Assembly (NCBI GenBank): GCA_040217195.1
Contig: JAVJNR010000005.1
Location: 224,001 to 288,000 of the forward strand
Reading direction: 5' to 3'
Source: Leptospiraceae bacterium
GTDB lineage: Bacteria > Spirochaetota > Leptospiria > Leptospirales > Leptonemataceae
DNA length: 64,000 bases
In this document: piece by piece, positions 46,520-57,000 of the stretch
Position numbering within the stretch: position 1 is the first letter of the stretch
Layout of the letters: each line of letters opens with the position of its first letter
Made by a program: the position numbers and the translations under genes
The notes under the pieces: generated by a model
The model's input: only the letters and a program-made list of their open reading frames with translations
Databases searched by the model: none
Told to the model about the DNA's origin: nothing

Positions 46520-48805
46520 GTGCAGGAAGGTTCTGTCATGACCGCTGCGTCCGAAAAAAAAAGCATTCCTGCCCGAAGAAATTCTAGCTCAATCAACCGT
46601 AACAATCCCAGTCTTTTTATTAATCGGGAGCTCTCCTGGATCAAATTCAACTATCGGGTTCTGGAAGAAGCAGGCCGCAAAGACAATCCACTTCTGGAAA
46701 GGCTGAAATTCATAGCCATTGCAGAATCCAACATGCAGGAATTCTTCATGGTCAGGGTGGCCGGACTCAAGCAGGTGGTGGCCTCTTCGGTAAACGAGAT
46801 TCAGCTGGATGGTCATACAGCTGAAGAAACCCTGAAGGAAATCCATAAGGAAGCCCATGCAATGGTGGCCTTGAAGTATGAGCTAATTGAGGAGATTACC
46901 CGTGGCCTGAGCGAAGAAGGAATTACCATTGTTCAGCAGGGCAAAGAGCTAAAACAGAATGAGCGGGAATTCATTCAGGAGTTTTTCAACAAAGAACTAT
47001 TTCGTGTCTTAACTCCCCTGGCCATAGATCCGTCCCATCCATTCCCCAGAATTCTAAATGGTAGATTGAATCTTGCAGTTACTCTGAAGAGAAAGGACCA
47101 GAAGGATAAACTGCGAGACTCCTATGCAATTGTTGAAGTACCGACTGTTTTACCTCGATTCCTGGAGTTGCCGGTGGATCCAGAATCTAAGAGTAACTCC
47201 GGCCGAAGATTCATACCTCTGGAAGAAGTACTGAAGCTCCATGCAGGGGATTTATTCTCTGGCACGGAAATCGTATCGATTCAGGGCTTCACCATTGTCC
47301 GAAATTCAGATCTGTCTATTGAAGAGGTTTCTTCAGATAACCTGCTATCAACAATCGAAGAGGAATTGAAGAACCGCAAATGGGGCGAAGCGGTGCGAAT
47401 GAACTATCGCAGCGGTATGCCAGATAATATCCGCAACTTCTTGCGAGAGCGACTGGATCTGGCTGATGAAGAACTCTATGAAAGACCCGGGTTTCTGAAC
47501 CTTTCCGATCTAATGGAGCTCTATGCGAACACATCGGAACGAACTGACCTGAAAGATAAGCCATTCATACCAAAAAATCCAGTCACTCTGGATAAGCCCC
47601 GAAAGATCTTTTCCGTTATACGAAAGAAAGACATTTTCTTACACCATCCCTTTGATTCCTTTCAGACCGTATTGGATTTTCTTCAAGCAGCCGCCGTGGA
47701 TCCAAGAGTACTGGCCATTAAACAAACACTCTATCGCACAAGTGGCGATAGTCCGGTAGTACAATCTCTAATTCAGGCAGCCGAAAATGGAAAGCAGGTT
47801 ACAGCATTGGTCGAATTGAAAGCTCGATTCGATGAAGAAAGGAACATTGTATGGGCCCGGGAAATGGAACGGCATGGAGTTCATGTTGTTTACGGACTTG
47901 TGGGACTAAAGATTCATTCCAAACTTCTTCAAATCGTGAGAAAGGAGGAACAAGAAGTAAAATCCTACGTTCACATCGCCACAGGAAATTACAATCCGAG
48001 CACAGCCAAGCTATACACGGACACCGGAATCATAACTGCAGATCCGGAAATCAATAATGATGTAACGAATCTATTTCACACATTAACCGGCTACGCTACT
48101 GTGCCCCGCCTTTCCAGAATTGCAGTGGCTCCCATCAATATGCGTGAGACATTAACTCGATTGATTACCCGGGAAATCCATAATGCGGAGGCAGGCAAAC
48201 CGTCTGGCATGAGATTGAAAATGAACTCACTGGTGGACCCAGATATGATTGTCCTTTTGTATCGTGCCTCCAGGGCAGGAGTGAAAATTGAACTGAGTGT
48301 TAGAGGAATCTGCTGCTTGAAACCGGGCATTCCTGATCTGAGCGAAAACATCCGCGTAGAAAGCATTGTAGGTAGATTCCTGGAACACAGCAGGATTTTC
48401 TATTTTGAAAATGCAGGTGATCCCAAAATCTATATTTCTTCTGGTGACTTCATGCCGCGAAACCTGAATCGAAGGGTGGAAGTCATGATGCCAGCCGACG
48501 ATGAGGACATCAAACAGAAGCTAGTAGCAATTCTGAACGCAGTATTCAGAGACAACCACAATGCGCGCAGGTTGATGCCGGATGGTAGCTATGTGCCGGT
48601 GAAGCCAGAAGGCAATGAACAGAGATTTTCATCCCAGAGGTTCTTCCGCGAAGAAACCAACCGAGAGTTCCAGGAAAAGGAAAAGAATCGGGCCGTGGAG
48701 CGAAAGAAGATCTTTCAGCCACTCATGAATCCAGAAGAAGATCTTCCAAGGGAAACTACCCTGGCGAGGGATTTGCCAGAAGCACAACCTGTGGAGCCGG
48801 ACTGA
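46520..48805 (+). CDS. ppk1: Polyphosphate kinase 1 (start may be ATG 46538)
   Basis: FINRELSWIKFNYRVL, EFFMVRVAGL, HPFP, IKQTLYRT, ELKARFDEE.N, KIHSK, TGNYN, GRFLEHSR. Confidence 0.98.
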   Translation: MQEGSVMTAASEKKSIPARRNSSSINRNNPSLFINRELSWIKFNYRVLEEAGRKDNPLLERLKFIAIAESNMQEFFMVRVAGLKQVVASSVNEIQLDGHTAEETLKEIHKEAHAMVALKYELIEEITRGLSEEGITIVQQGKELKQNEREFIQEFFNKELFRVLTPLAIDPSHPFPRILNGRLNLAVTLKRKDQKDKLRDSYAIVEVPTVLPRFLELPVDPESKSNSGRRFIPLEEVLKLHAGDLFSGTEIVSIQGFTIVRNSDLSIEEVSSDNLLSTIEEELKNRKWGEAVRMNYRSGMPDNIRNFLRERLDLADEELYERPGFLNLSDLMELYANTSERTDLKDKPFIPKNPVTLDKPRKIFSVIRKKDIFLHHPFDSFQTVLDFLQAAAVDPRVLAIKQTLYRTSGDSPVVQSLIQAAENGKQVTALVELKARFDEERNIVWAREMERHGVHVVYGLVGLKIHSKLLQIVRKEEQEVKSYVHIATGNYNPSTAKLYTDTGIITADPEINNDVTNLFHTLTGYATVPRLSRIAVAPINMRETLTRLITREIHNAEAGKPSGMRLKMNSLVDPDMIVLLYRASRAGVKIELSVRGICCLKPGIPDLSENIRVESIVGRFLEHSRIFYFENAGDPKIYISSGDFMPRNLNRRVEVMMPADDEDIKQKLVAILNAVFRDNHNARRLMPDGSYVPVKPEGNEQRFSSQRFFREETNREFQEKEKNRAVERKKIFQPLMNPEEDLPRETTLARDLPEAQPVEPD

Positions 48806-48992
48806 GAATAATCATCCGGAAACATCCAGCCCACGTTCCTTTTTATGGACTAATCCTGCGGCGAATTTGCATGATTCGTTAGCCCGAGCCTCTGCTTCAG
48901 CATTCCGAGTCTTTGACTCTCAGCCGGAGCCGCCGGAATTTTATTGATAAATTCCTGAATCCAATGGCCCAGAGCAAGTTCTCTGGTTTCAC

Positions 48993-49034
48993 TCGCAGCG
49001 ATACTTCTACAGCGATTTATTCGCAGCGATACTT
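48993..49034. repeat. 14-bp tandem repeat x3
   Basis: TCGCAGCGATACTT / CTACAGCGATTTAT / TCGCAGCGATACTT. Confidence 0.65.
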
Positions 49035-49114
49035 TTGCGGGCTTCGGTAATGAAAGCCAGATTTTCAGTAAGAAAGTGGCTGCGCTCTGAACAGAAATAC
49101 CGTTTAAGAGCAAT

Positions 49115-50035
49115 TCAGAGTTTACCAGCCAGCTCCAGAAAGTTTCGCCCTAATTCGCGAATTCGAGAGGCTGCATGTTTTCGCTGCTCATTGGTTAAGG
49201 AAGCATCCAGATCCAGCACTGTATCGTAGAAAAGTGTACGGTTCTGGTTGACTGCATTTCGGTAAGCCGCCGGATACAAGGCCTCCCAGTTAAACAGGTA
49301 TTGCTTCAAGAATACATCAAGATCATCGTGTCCCGATTTCCCCTTTTCCAACAATTGCAGCAATCTGGTTTGATTCATTCGCCTGTAGGCAAGATAAAGC
49401 CCTGCGGTGTCCACACTCTGGGTAGTGTATCTCTGGACTCTCTGTTTCTGTGCTGCACTCAGGTCTCCAAGAAAGAATTCAAAGAATTCAGTATTGGATT
49501 CCAGTCTATCCTGGAATCGACTGGCCGCCGGTCGGGCCACTTCCTGGGCCAGCTCTTTGTTGTACTCAGAAATCAATTCCTTTTGTTTCGGTATTAATGT
49601 GGAATCAAAGTCTTTTAAGAATTGGGAAGCATCCGGATATATTCTGTAGGCTACCCTTGTTCGAAATTCTCGCAGCCGGGCGTAGGTAAACTGAAGGTCT
49701 TCTTTCTTCAGTCCTTTTTCAATCCGCCCTGCCAGATCCTCACATACGGTTGCATATCGCGGTAATTCTGCATAGCGATGCCACCGATAATGGTGCTCAA
49801 TCCGGGAATCAATAAAGCTTTCCTGATCATCGGTCATGGCCAGGTAGTTATCCATTCTAGATTGGATCAGTGTATCCAGGTTGCGATAAAATGTCTTGAA
49901 TGCGAATCCAGAACAGTTCAGCAGCAATAGCGGAAGAACAAACAAAGGAAACAGACGACGCCATTCCAGGTTTCGAGCATCGTCATGACTACCCTCACCT
50001 CGCCCAAATATCCGATTTTTACTCCTGTTCATCAT
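49115..50035 (-). CDS. Helical lipoprotein (DUF6279-like)
   Basis: Lipobox LLNC; FYRNLDTLI, WHRYAELPRY, FLGDLSAAQ, SLTNEQRKH. Confidence 0.7.
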   Translation of the reverse strand: MMNRSKNRIFGRGEGSHDDARNLEWRRLFPLFVLPLLLLNCSGFAFKTFYRNLDTLIQSRMDNYLAMTDDQESFIDSRIEHHYRWHRYAELPRYATVCEDLAGRIEKGLKKEDLQFTYARLREFRTRVAYRIYPDASQFLKDFDSTLIPKQKELISEYNKELAQEVARPAASRFQDRLESNTEFFEFFLGDLSAAQKQRVQRYTTQSVDTAGLYLAYRRMNQTRLLQLLEKGKSGHDDLDVFLKQYLFNWEALYPAAYRNAVNQNRTLFYDTVLDLDASLTNEQRKHAASRIRELGRNFLELAGKL

Positions 50036-50138
50036 GGCGCCACCTGTTGCATTTCCCTCAATCTGTGCTCCTGCCTTTTTCGCCGGAAAGGTACGGCAGT
50101 AGCCAGGCACAGAAATTATGGAAACAAATTCTTAGCGA

Positions 50139-50684
50139 TTAGTTATCCATATCCCAATAACCGGATGGCTGGCTGTAAGGAGTCCCCTGGGACAGATAGG
50201 CACTGTAGGATTCCAGAAGCATCCTGCATTCATTCTGAAAATTTTCCATCTGAGCAAACAGGTATTTTGCGTTGGGATCTTCAAATTTTTCTTTGGTCTT
50301 TGCGAAGAACTCCGCAGCATCTTCATGCTCTCTGGTTGCCAGAGAAAGAGCATCCAGTTCATCGCCACCTGCATCTGCATCAGTGTTTCGATCAAGCTTG
50401 GACATTAGTTTCTGAATGGAACTGCTGTTCAGGTTTTGAACCTGGGCTGCCATTTTTAGATTGGGAAGTGCTTCGCCTCCCTGGATTTGTGAATAAATTT
50501 CTGAAACCATTTTTATATGGTCATCCTGATCTTCGGCCAGCTGATTAAAGATATCCTGTACGGAGCCATCCTTCAAGGATTCTGCATTCCGCATATAGAA
50601 CTCGAACACTTTTTTTTCGTGCTGAATACATGCGGCCACGGCTTCCAGGAAGCTGGTTTTCTTTACTGGTTTGTATTGACTCAT
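50139..50684 (-). CDS. Ferritin/rubrerythrin-like four-helix protein
   Basis: E..VFEFY...LAEDQDDH and REHEDAAEFF...LFAQM. Start taken at MSQYKP. Confidence 0.75.
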   Translation of the reverse strand: MSQYKPVKKTSFLEAVAACIQHEKKVFEFYMRNAESLKDGSVQDIFNQLAEDQDDHIKMVSEIYSQIQGGEALPNLKMAAQVQNLNSSSIQKLMSKLDRNTDADAGGDELDALSLATREHEDAAEFFAKTKEKFEDPNAKYLFAQMENFQNECRMLLESYSAYLSQGTPYSQPSGYWDMDN

Positions 50685-50811
50685 GGCCGGATAGTGACAT
50701 TTCCCATCCTTCCATGCAAGGCAAAAATGCTTTGGACTCCAAAAAGAGATTCCGTTTACGCTAGCCAATGAATGAACCCCGGAGGAGAATGCAAAGTCTA
50801 CCATTCAGGAA

Positions 50812-51525
50812 ATGAAGTCTACTAATCTAAATTCACTGCCCATTCCCCTTGATCCGGATTGGATCAAGGACGCTCTGAACCATCCGCTTCCAGGCAACGA
50901 AGCCCATAGCCGAATGTCCGGGCGCGCACCGCAGACTATGCAAATCCCGGAAGGGGCCACCGAGGCTGCCGTGATGATTGCTATCATCGCCCGTCCGGAT
51001 TCAATCCAACCGTCTGGTCTGGCCGCAGATCTGCGTTCAACTGGCCTTGAAATAGAACGATACAATCCTGGACTGTTTCCTCTCATTCTGAGACCCGGAA
51101 ATCAAGGGCCCCATTCGGGGCAGATCAGTCTGCCCGGAGGCAAGCGCGAAAAAGGCGAGTCTCTGAAAGACACGGCACTTAGAGAGACAGAAGAAGAAAT
51201 TGGGCTGAACTCCTCAAAGATCCACGTGCTGGGCAAACTAACTCCTCTTTACATTCCAGTAAGTGGATTTGCTGTGCATCCCTATGTTGGCTGGTTCGAT
51301 ACCGTGCCACAATTCAAGAGAGATCCTCTGGAGGTGGAGCAGATTCTTTTCTACGATATGCTCCGTCTGAGCAGCTCGGACTATCGCACAGTTTTCGACT
51401 TCAATTACAATGGCCGAAGTTTTGAATCACCTGGATTCAAACTTGAAGACAGGATTATCTGGGGCGCCACAGCCATGATCCTTATGGAATTCACAGAGCA
51501 TCTGCTATCCAGAGCGAATCAGTAA
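50812..51525 (+). CDS. Nudix CoA pyrophosphatase (NudL/PCD1-like)
   Basis: HSGQISLPGGKRE.GESLKDTALRETEEEIG, IWGATAMIL. Confidence 0.92.
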   Translation: MKSTNLNSLPIPLDPDWIKDALNHPLPGNEAHSRMSGRAPQTMQIPEGATEAAVMIAIIARPDSIQPSGLAADLRSTGLEIERYNPGLFPLILRPGNQGPHSGQISLPGGKREKGESLKDTALRETEEEIGLNSSKIHVLGKLTPLYIPVSGFAVHPYVGWFDTVPQFKRDPLEVEQILFYDMLRLSSSDYRTVFDFNYNGRSFESPGFKLEDRIIWGATAMILMEFTEHLLSRANQ

Positions 51526-52630
51526 AGTATTCTTTGCTATCCTGAAAATTCTTCTGGATCCGAAAACCAGACCGCATTGCCAGATTATTGAGATCTTCAA
51601 AAGTGTACTTCTGGCTGGTTTCTGTCTGAATGGCTTCAAAAGATCCGAATTCGAAGCTGTGGTGTAGCCCGCTCGAATCCTTGATCTGGAAAGACTGCGG
51701 GATTCGAGATATAAGGAAGCTCTCCATTGCACGATTTCGAGGATTAAAGGCTGCATGGTGCAGGAAGTTTTCCGGATCGATATTAGCCTGTAACTCCCGG
51801 TTCATCCTTCGAAGAAGGTTTAAATTGAACTCCGCAGTAACTCCCCTGGAGTCACTGTAGGCAGGGATCAAGACCGAAGGATCCTTTACCATATCGAATC
51901 CGATAAGCAGTAGATCCCCCTTCCCGAGACTCATCCGAATTCTTCTGAGAAAGTCTGCGGCCTGATCCATGGAAAAATTTCCAATACTGGAACCCAGAAA
52001 GAGCACCACATGCCGGTCTTCGCGGCCGGACAGGTATTGAAGCCCCGCTTCGTAATCCCCAACCAGACCGTGAAAGTTCAGATCCAGGCTGTTTAAGTTC
52101 TGCCGTAAAGGAGGCATGATTCCTCTTGAAATGTCCACCGGATAATAACGAAACCTGGAACCGGCACCCAGCAGTGCTTCCAGAAGGTGATAGCTCTTAT
52201 GACCATCCCCGGGCCCGAGCTCTATAAGCCCAAAATCATTTCCAAGGTACTCAGCAATGAGCCCACTATTCGATGAAAGTATCTCCCTTTCGCAGGCTGC
52301 AGGATAGTATTCCGGAAGTTCAGTGATCTTCTGGAACAGTTCGCTTCCTTCATCGTCATAGAAGTAACGGGAAGGCAGAGTTCGCGGATTCGATTCCAGG
52401 CCTTTTACTACGTCGCGATAGAAACTCTGAGATACGGACAACTCATTGGAATGATCCTGCAATTCCTGAATCGTGGCGGCTGCTCGACTACCAGTAGGAT
52501 TGAAGCCTCCAGGTGCTGGCTCTGTAAACACTCTGGTTTCTGTGGCCGTGTCTGACTCACTGTGCATTGGATTGCTGGCTTGCGTTCCCATCAGGCATCC
52601 TCCGCAAGTCTCAACCCGCTCATCTGCCAT
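51491..52630 (-). CDS. egtD: L-histidine N-alpha-trimethyltransferase (true start probably further downstream)
   Basis: LPSRYFYDDEGSELFQKITELPEYY, ELGPGDGHK, FLGSSIGNF, AYSDSRGVTAEFNLNLL, TETSQKY. Confidence 0.93.
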   Translation of the reverse strand: MADERVETCGGCLMGTQASNPMHSESDTATETRVFTEPAPGGFNPTGSRAAATIQELQDHSNELSVSQSFYRDVVKGLESNPRTLPSRYFYDDEGSELFQKITELPEYYPAACEREILSSNSGLIAEYLGNDFGLIELGPGDGHKSYHLLEALLGAGSRFRYYPVDISRGIMPPLRQNLNSLDLNFHGLVGDYEAGLQYLSGREDRHVVLFLGSSIGNFSMDQAADFLRRIRMSLGKGDLLLIGFDMVKDPSVLIPAYSDSRGVTAEFNLNLLRRMNRELQANIDPENFLHHAAFNPRNRAMESFLISRIPQSFQIKDSSGLHHSFEFGSFEAIQTETSQKYTFEDLNNLAMRSGFRIQKNFQDSKEYFTDSLWIADAL

Positions 52631-54048
52631 ACACTGCTGGCAGGATAGAAATTACGATAAGTGATCCTGCTGTGTTGCAACGGCGTCAGATCGCAGGCGC
52701 CGCGAAGTACCATCTGATCCATCATGAATTTTCCATTGTATTCGCCCACAGCTCCGGCGGCAGGCTTGAACCCGGGATAAGGACGATAGGCGGAAGCTGT
52801 CCATTCCCAGACTCTTCCCCGGTGAAACGGAAAGCCTTTCAAAGCAGCCAGACGAGCAGCCAGCTCCCATTCCGCTTCCGTGGGTAATCGTTTACCTGCG
52901 AAAGAGGAGTAGGCATCCGATTCATAGTAACTTAGATGCTGCACAGGCTCCGCTGGATCCAGGTCAACCCAGCCCTGCAATGACCATTGCTGCCAGGTAT
53001 CGCCCTTTTTTCTCCAGTAATAGGGATGGCTTTTCTCATTTTCCTGCACCCATTGCCAGCCCGCAGATAGCCAGTAACGAAAATCGTTGTAGCCTCCTGC
53101 TTCCAGGAACTCCAGAAAATCCCCGTTGCTCACAGGTTCAGATGCGATCCAGAAGGGAACCTGATAAACTGGATGCTCCGGAAATTCATTATCGTAACCA
53201 AAGCCATCTTTTCCGTGTCCCAGCAAGGCGGGCCCGCCATGATCAAATAGGATTCCATTGTTACGCAAGAAGGCGGACTCAAAAAAGGGCTTCAATAGAT
53301 CCTTCTCCATTTCGCTATTTCCGGCAAGAAATGGCATTCTGGTATGATACATAGTAGGATCGTTCTTTTCCATGAGCCAGCTTACACCCGATGTAGATAG
53401 ATTACCCAGAAGTTCGGAAGGATCTACACCATAGATTGGATAAAGCGGATGACAAAAGAAGTTATGTTTAATGTCCATGAGAAGCAATTCCTGGTGCTGC
53501 TTTTCATGGTGAATTCCTAGCTCAATGAGAGCCAGCACCGACTTCAAGTGGGTGGGCTCCGTTGCTGAACTGGAAGACTCGGATTGTTCAGATGCAAAAC
53601 CACTCTGCGGGCCATCACCGGATCCCGTCTCTGAGGCATTTAATTCGCTGTGCGAATTGCTATTCTGTGCCAGATGTGATAATAGCTGCTCTATGGATTC
53701 ATCCACCGATTGGCGATAACGGTGCAGCTCGGCTACAGTGGGCCTGCCAAGCAATCCACGATTCGCTTTTTGAATTCTTTGTCCGGCGGATTCGTAATAG
53801 GAATTAAAAATGAATGCAAATCCCTCATCGAATGGCAGATAATCGGACTTAAATTCCTGCAGGATGAAAGTTTCAAAAAACCAGGTTGTATGCCCCAGAT
53901 GCCAGGAAGGAGGGCTTACATCCGGTGAACTTTGCACAACATGATCTTCGGTGGTTAAATGCTGGCAAATCTCCAGAGTTTTCTTTCGCGTTTCCAGATA
54001 CCAGTCCAGTAGCCACTGAACTGCTACCGAATTCGCTTCTAAAATCAT
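52591..54048 (-). CDS. egtB: Ergothioneine sulfoxide synthase (DinB + FGE-sulfatase domains)
   Basis: QSSPDVSPPSWHLGHTTWFFE, FNSYY, HHEKQHQELL, RLPTEAEWE, EYNGKFM, YRNFY. Confidence 0.93.
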   Translation of the reverse strand: MILEANSVAVQWLLDWYLETRKKTLEICQHLTTEDHVVQSSPDVSPPSWHLGHTTWFFETFILQEFKSDYLPFDEGFAFIFNSYYESAGQRIQKANRGLLGRPTVAELHRYRQSVDESIEQLLSHLAQNSNSHSELNASETGSGDGPQSGFASEQSESSSSATEPTHLKSVLALIELGIHHEKQHQELLLMDIKHNFFCHPLYPIYGVDPSELLGNLSTSGVSWLMEKNDPTMYHTRMPFLAGNSEMEKDLLKPFFESAFLRNNGILFDHGGPALLGHGKDGFGYDNEFPEHPVYQVPFWIASEPVSNGDFLEFLEAGGYNDFRYWLSAGWQWVQENEKSHPYYWRKKGDTWQQWSLQGWVDLDPAEPVQHLSYYESDAYSSFAGKRLPTEAEWELAARLAALKGFPFHRGRVWEWTASAYRPYPGFKPAAGAVGEYNGKFMMDQMVLRGACDLTPLQHSRITYRNFYPASSVWQMSGLRLAEDA

Positions 54049-57000
54049 ACTTTCTCCAGTGTAACCTTTATGGCATGACCGTCCAGATCCAGCTCAAGAC
54101 TATTCGTTCCATTGAGAGAATCCACAATGGTTGCCAGCGCTTCGCTCTGAATGTAGTCACTATGTTCCTGGATGGCACGTATCAAATCGGAATCCTGAGA
54201 ATCCAGATGCAGAGAAATCCTATCGGTCAACTCAAGTTGTGACTGCTTCCTGAGCTCCTGCACATTACGCACTAGATCACGGATCCAACCTTCGCGGATC
54301 AATTCTGGGCCGGGATTTGTATCCAGAGCCACCAGCATACCATCGCCTTCAACACCGGAAGTTCCTTCTTTCGAAACACTTTCGATTAGAAATTCATCTT
54401 CCGTAAAATCTTCTTTTCGATCCCCGAGGTCGATGGTTACACTTCCTTTCTTTAAATTGCGCGCCAGGGATTCCTGGTCGCAACTCTGAAGGTATGACTG
54501 GAGCTTTTTGATATCTGGTCCAAGCTTCTTTCCCAGAACCGGTAGATTTGGCCGCACTCTGTAGGAAAGAATGCCTGCAGAATCGTCCAGAAACTCCAAT
54601 TCCTTCACATTCAACTCTTCCAGCAGTACTTCCTCATTCTTTTTTAGAGGAGCTCTCCATTTTTCGGGACAGTGCAACATCAGCTTACCCAGCGGCTGCC
54701 TGACCTTTAAGCCGGATTGCTGCCGTGCGGATCTGCCCAGGGCTGCGGCCTGAAGAACAAGATTTCCCTCCTGCAGCACAGATTCATCGTATGTATTCTT
54801 CAGGTCCGCCTGTGGCCAGGGCAATAAATGAATACTTTCTGGTGCACCGGGTACAGCAGCAAATACACGAAGATAGAGCTCTTCGCTCAAGAATGGCACA
54901 AATGCACCAAGCATTTGCAGCATTCCCAGAATACATTGTAGCAGAGTTTCAAAAGCGGAGAATTTATCTGAATCCAGTTCGCCTTTCCAGAATCTGCGCC
55001 GATTTCGCCGGATATACCAGTTAGACAGTGAATCACAGAATTCTTCGATGGAGCGGCCCGCCTTCAGGCAATCATAGTTCTCCAGAGATTGTGTAACATC
55101 CTGTACCAGTCTTTGATAACTGGAAAGAATCCATCGGTCGATTTCCGGTCGATCTTTGAATGCAGGAGCGCCCGAAACCTCTACTGTGCCATCCTTTCGC
55201 AATGATGGCGCTATTCCATCCACCTTTGCGTACATGCGATAGAACTCCAGGGAATTCTCCAGCATGTTGAAAAATCCATTCACCTGACCTACAGTATCTT
55301 CATTGGTACCCGGATGACCTACACGACGAGAATTCCCCGGAGGAGCTCCGGTCAAGAAATACCATCGAATGGCATCTGCACTATGAATGTTGAACACATC
55401 TTCAGGCGATACTGTATTGCCCTTGCTTTTGGACATCTTTTCGCCCTTTGCATCCAGAACGTGGCCCAGACAGATAACGTTTTTGTAGGGAGCTTGCGAA
55501 GACACCATGGTGGAAATGGCAAGCATTGTATAGAACCAACCGCGGGTTTGATCCACCGCTTCGGTGATAAAATCAGCTGGAAAATATCGGGAAAACTGCT
55601 CTTCTCCGCGTACAGGGTAGCCCCATTGTGCGTAAGGCATGGCGCCTGAATCAAACCAGCAATCCATCACTTCTGGAACCCTGCGAAATACCTTACCGGA
55701 TTTCTCATCGGTCCAGGTGATTTCATCAATGTAAGGACGATGAAGATCTTCATTCTTTAACTTCTGGCCTGAAATCTTTTCCAGTTCAGCAACGGAGCCC
55801 ACGACAACAATCTCGCCTTCTCCGTCAGTCCAGATAGGAATTGGAGTTCCCCAGTATCGCTCCCTGGAGAGGGCCCAGTCCCGATTATTCTCCAGCCATT
55901 TTCCGAATCGGCCTTCCCTTACATGTTCCGGAACCCAGCGAATCGTCTGATTATTATCGATTAAATGCTGGCGCACCTCGGTAGTGCGAATATACCAGGC
56001 ATCCTTCGCATAGTACATAAGAGGAGCGCCAGTGCGCCATCCAAATGGATACTCATGTTGATACTTTTCAGATCTCCAGACCTTGCGATCTTTCTTTAGA
56101 TCTTTAATGATTTCCTTATCTGCATCCTTAAACATCTGATCTGCATAGGGTCCTCTGGAGAATTTTCCATCCAGTCCCACTGCAGAGATTACAGGCAGGT
56201 CATGCTTCTGCCCTACCTCCAGGTCATCTGCTCCGTATGCAGGAGCTATATGCACGATTCCTGTTCCAGTATCCATGGTAACGAAGTCTGCACCTACTGT
56301 GTAATGGCTCTTCTTGTCTGAATCCAGGGCGAAAGTAAATAGCGGTTCATAATCCAATCCCAGAAGTTCGCTGCCTTTGAAGGATTTTAATACTTTCGCC
56401 TGATCAGCACTATTTCGAAGAACATCGCTCATCAGTTCACGGGCACAGATGAACGTCTCTTTGAATAATTCCTCCTTCTCTTCTGCGGCTTGCGAAGATG
56501 TATCTTTCTTTCTGGATTTGCCTTTTTTCTCACCGCCAGTCTTCTTAGAAGACTGAGGAGCCATACCATGGGCAGGCACTTCCAATTCGAAAAGTACATA
56601 CTCGCTTTCAGGATGCAAAGCCAGGGCAACGTTGGAAGGCAGAGTCCAGGGAGTGGTTGTCCAGACCAGGAAGGAAGCGTCCCCAAAATCCTTTTTGAAT
56701 TTCTTATCGGTAATCGTGAAGCGGACCGTAAAGGAAGGATCCTCTACAGTTTTATATCCCAGGGCTACTTCTGCATCGCTCATGGTTGCACCCATGACTG
56801 GATCGAAAGGAACCACACGATAACCGGAATAGACCAGCCCCTTGTCGGAAATGGTTTTGAAAAGTCCCCAGACAGCTTCAATGTACTGATTATCCATTGT
56901 GCTGTATGGATCATCCAGATCGATCCAGAAGCCCAGACGTTCGGAAAAATCATTCCAGGCGCCTACATACTGCTGAACCGATTGGCGGCACAACGCATTG

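Noticed and set aside
48850..49113. 87-aa minus-strand ORF
   Set aside because: TTG start, no recognisable motif, and it runs through a 14-bp non-triplet repeat and hairpins; probably non-coding.
53550..53670. Intein or mobile insertion in EgtB (also considered for Mfd and IleRS)
   Set aside because: The inserts are short, low-complexity and in frame, with no intein splice-junction motifs or terminal repeats.
52591..54048. Selenoneine (senA) or ovothiol (ovoA) synthase
   Set aside because: No senB/selD neighbours, no fused C-terminal methyltransferase, and a canonical egtD is adjacent.
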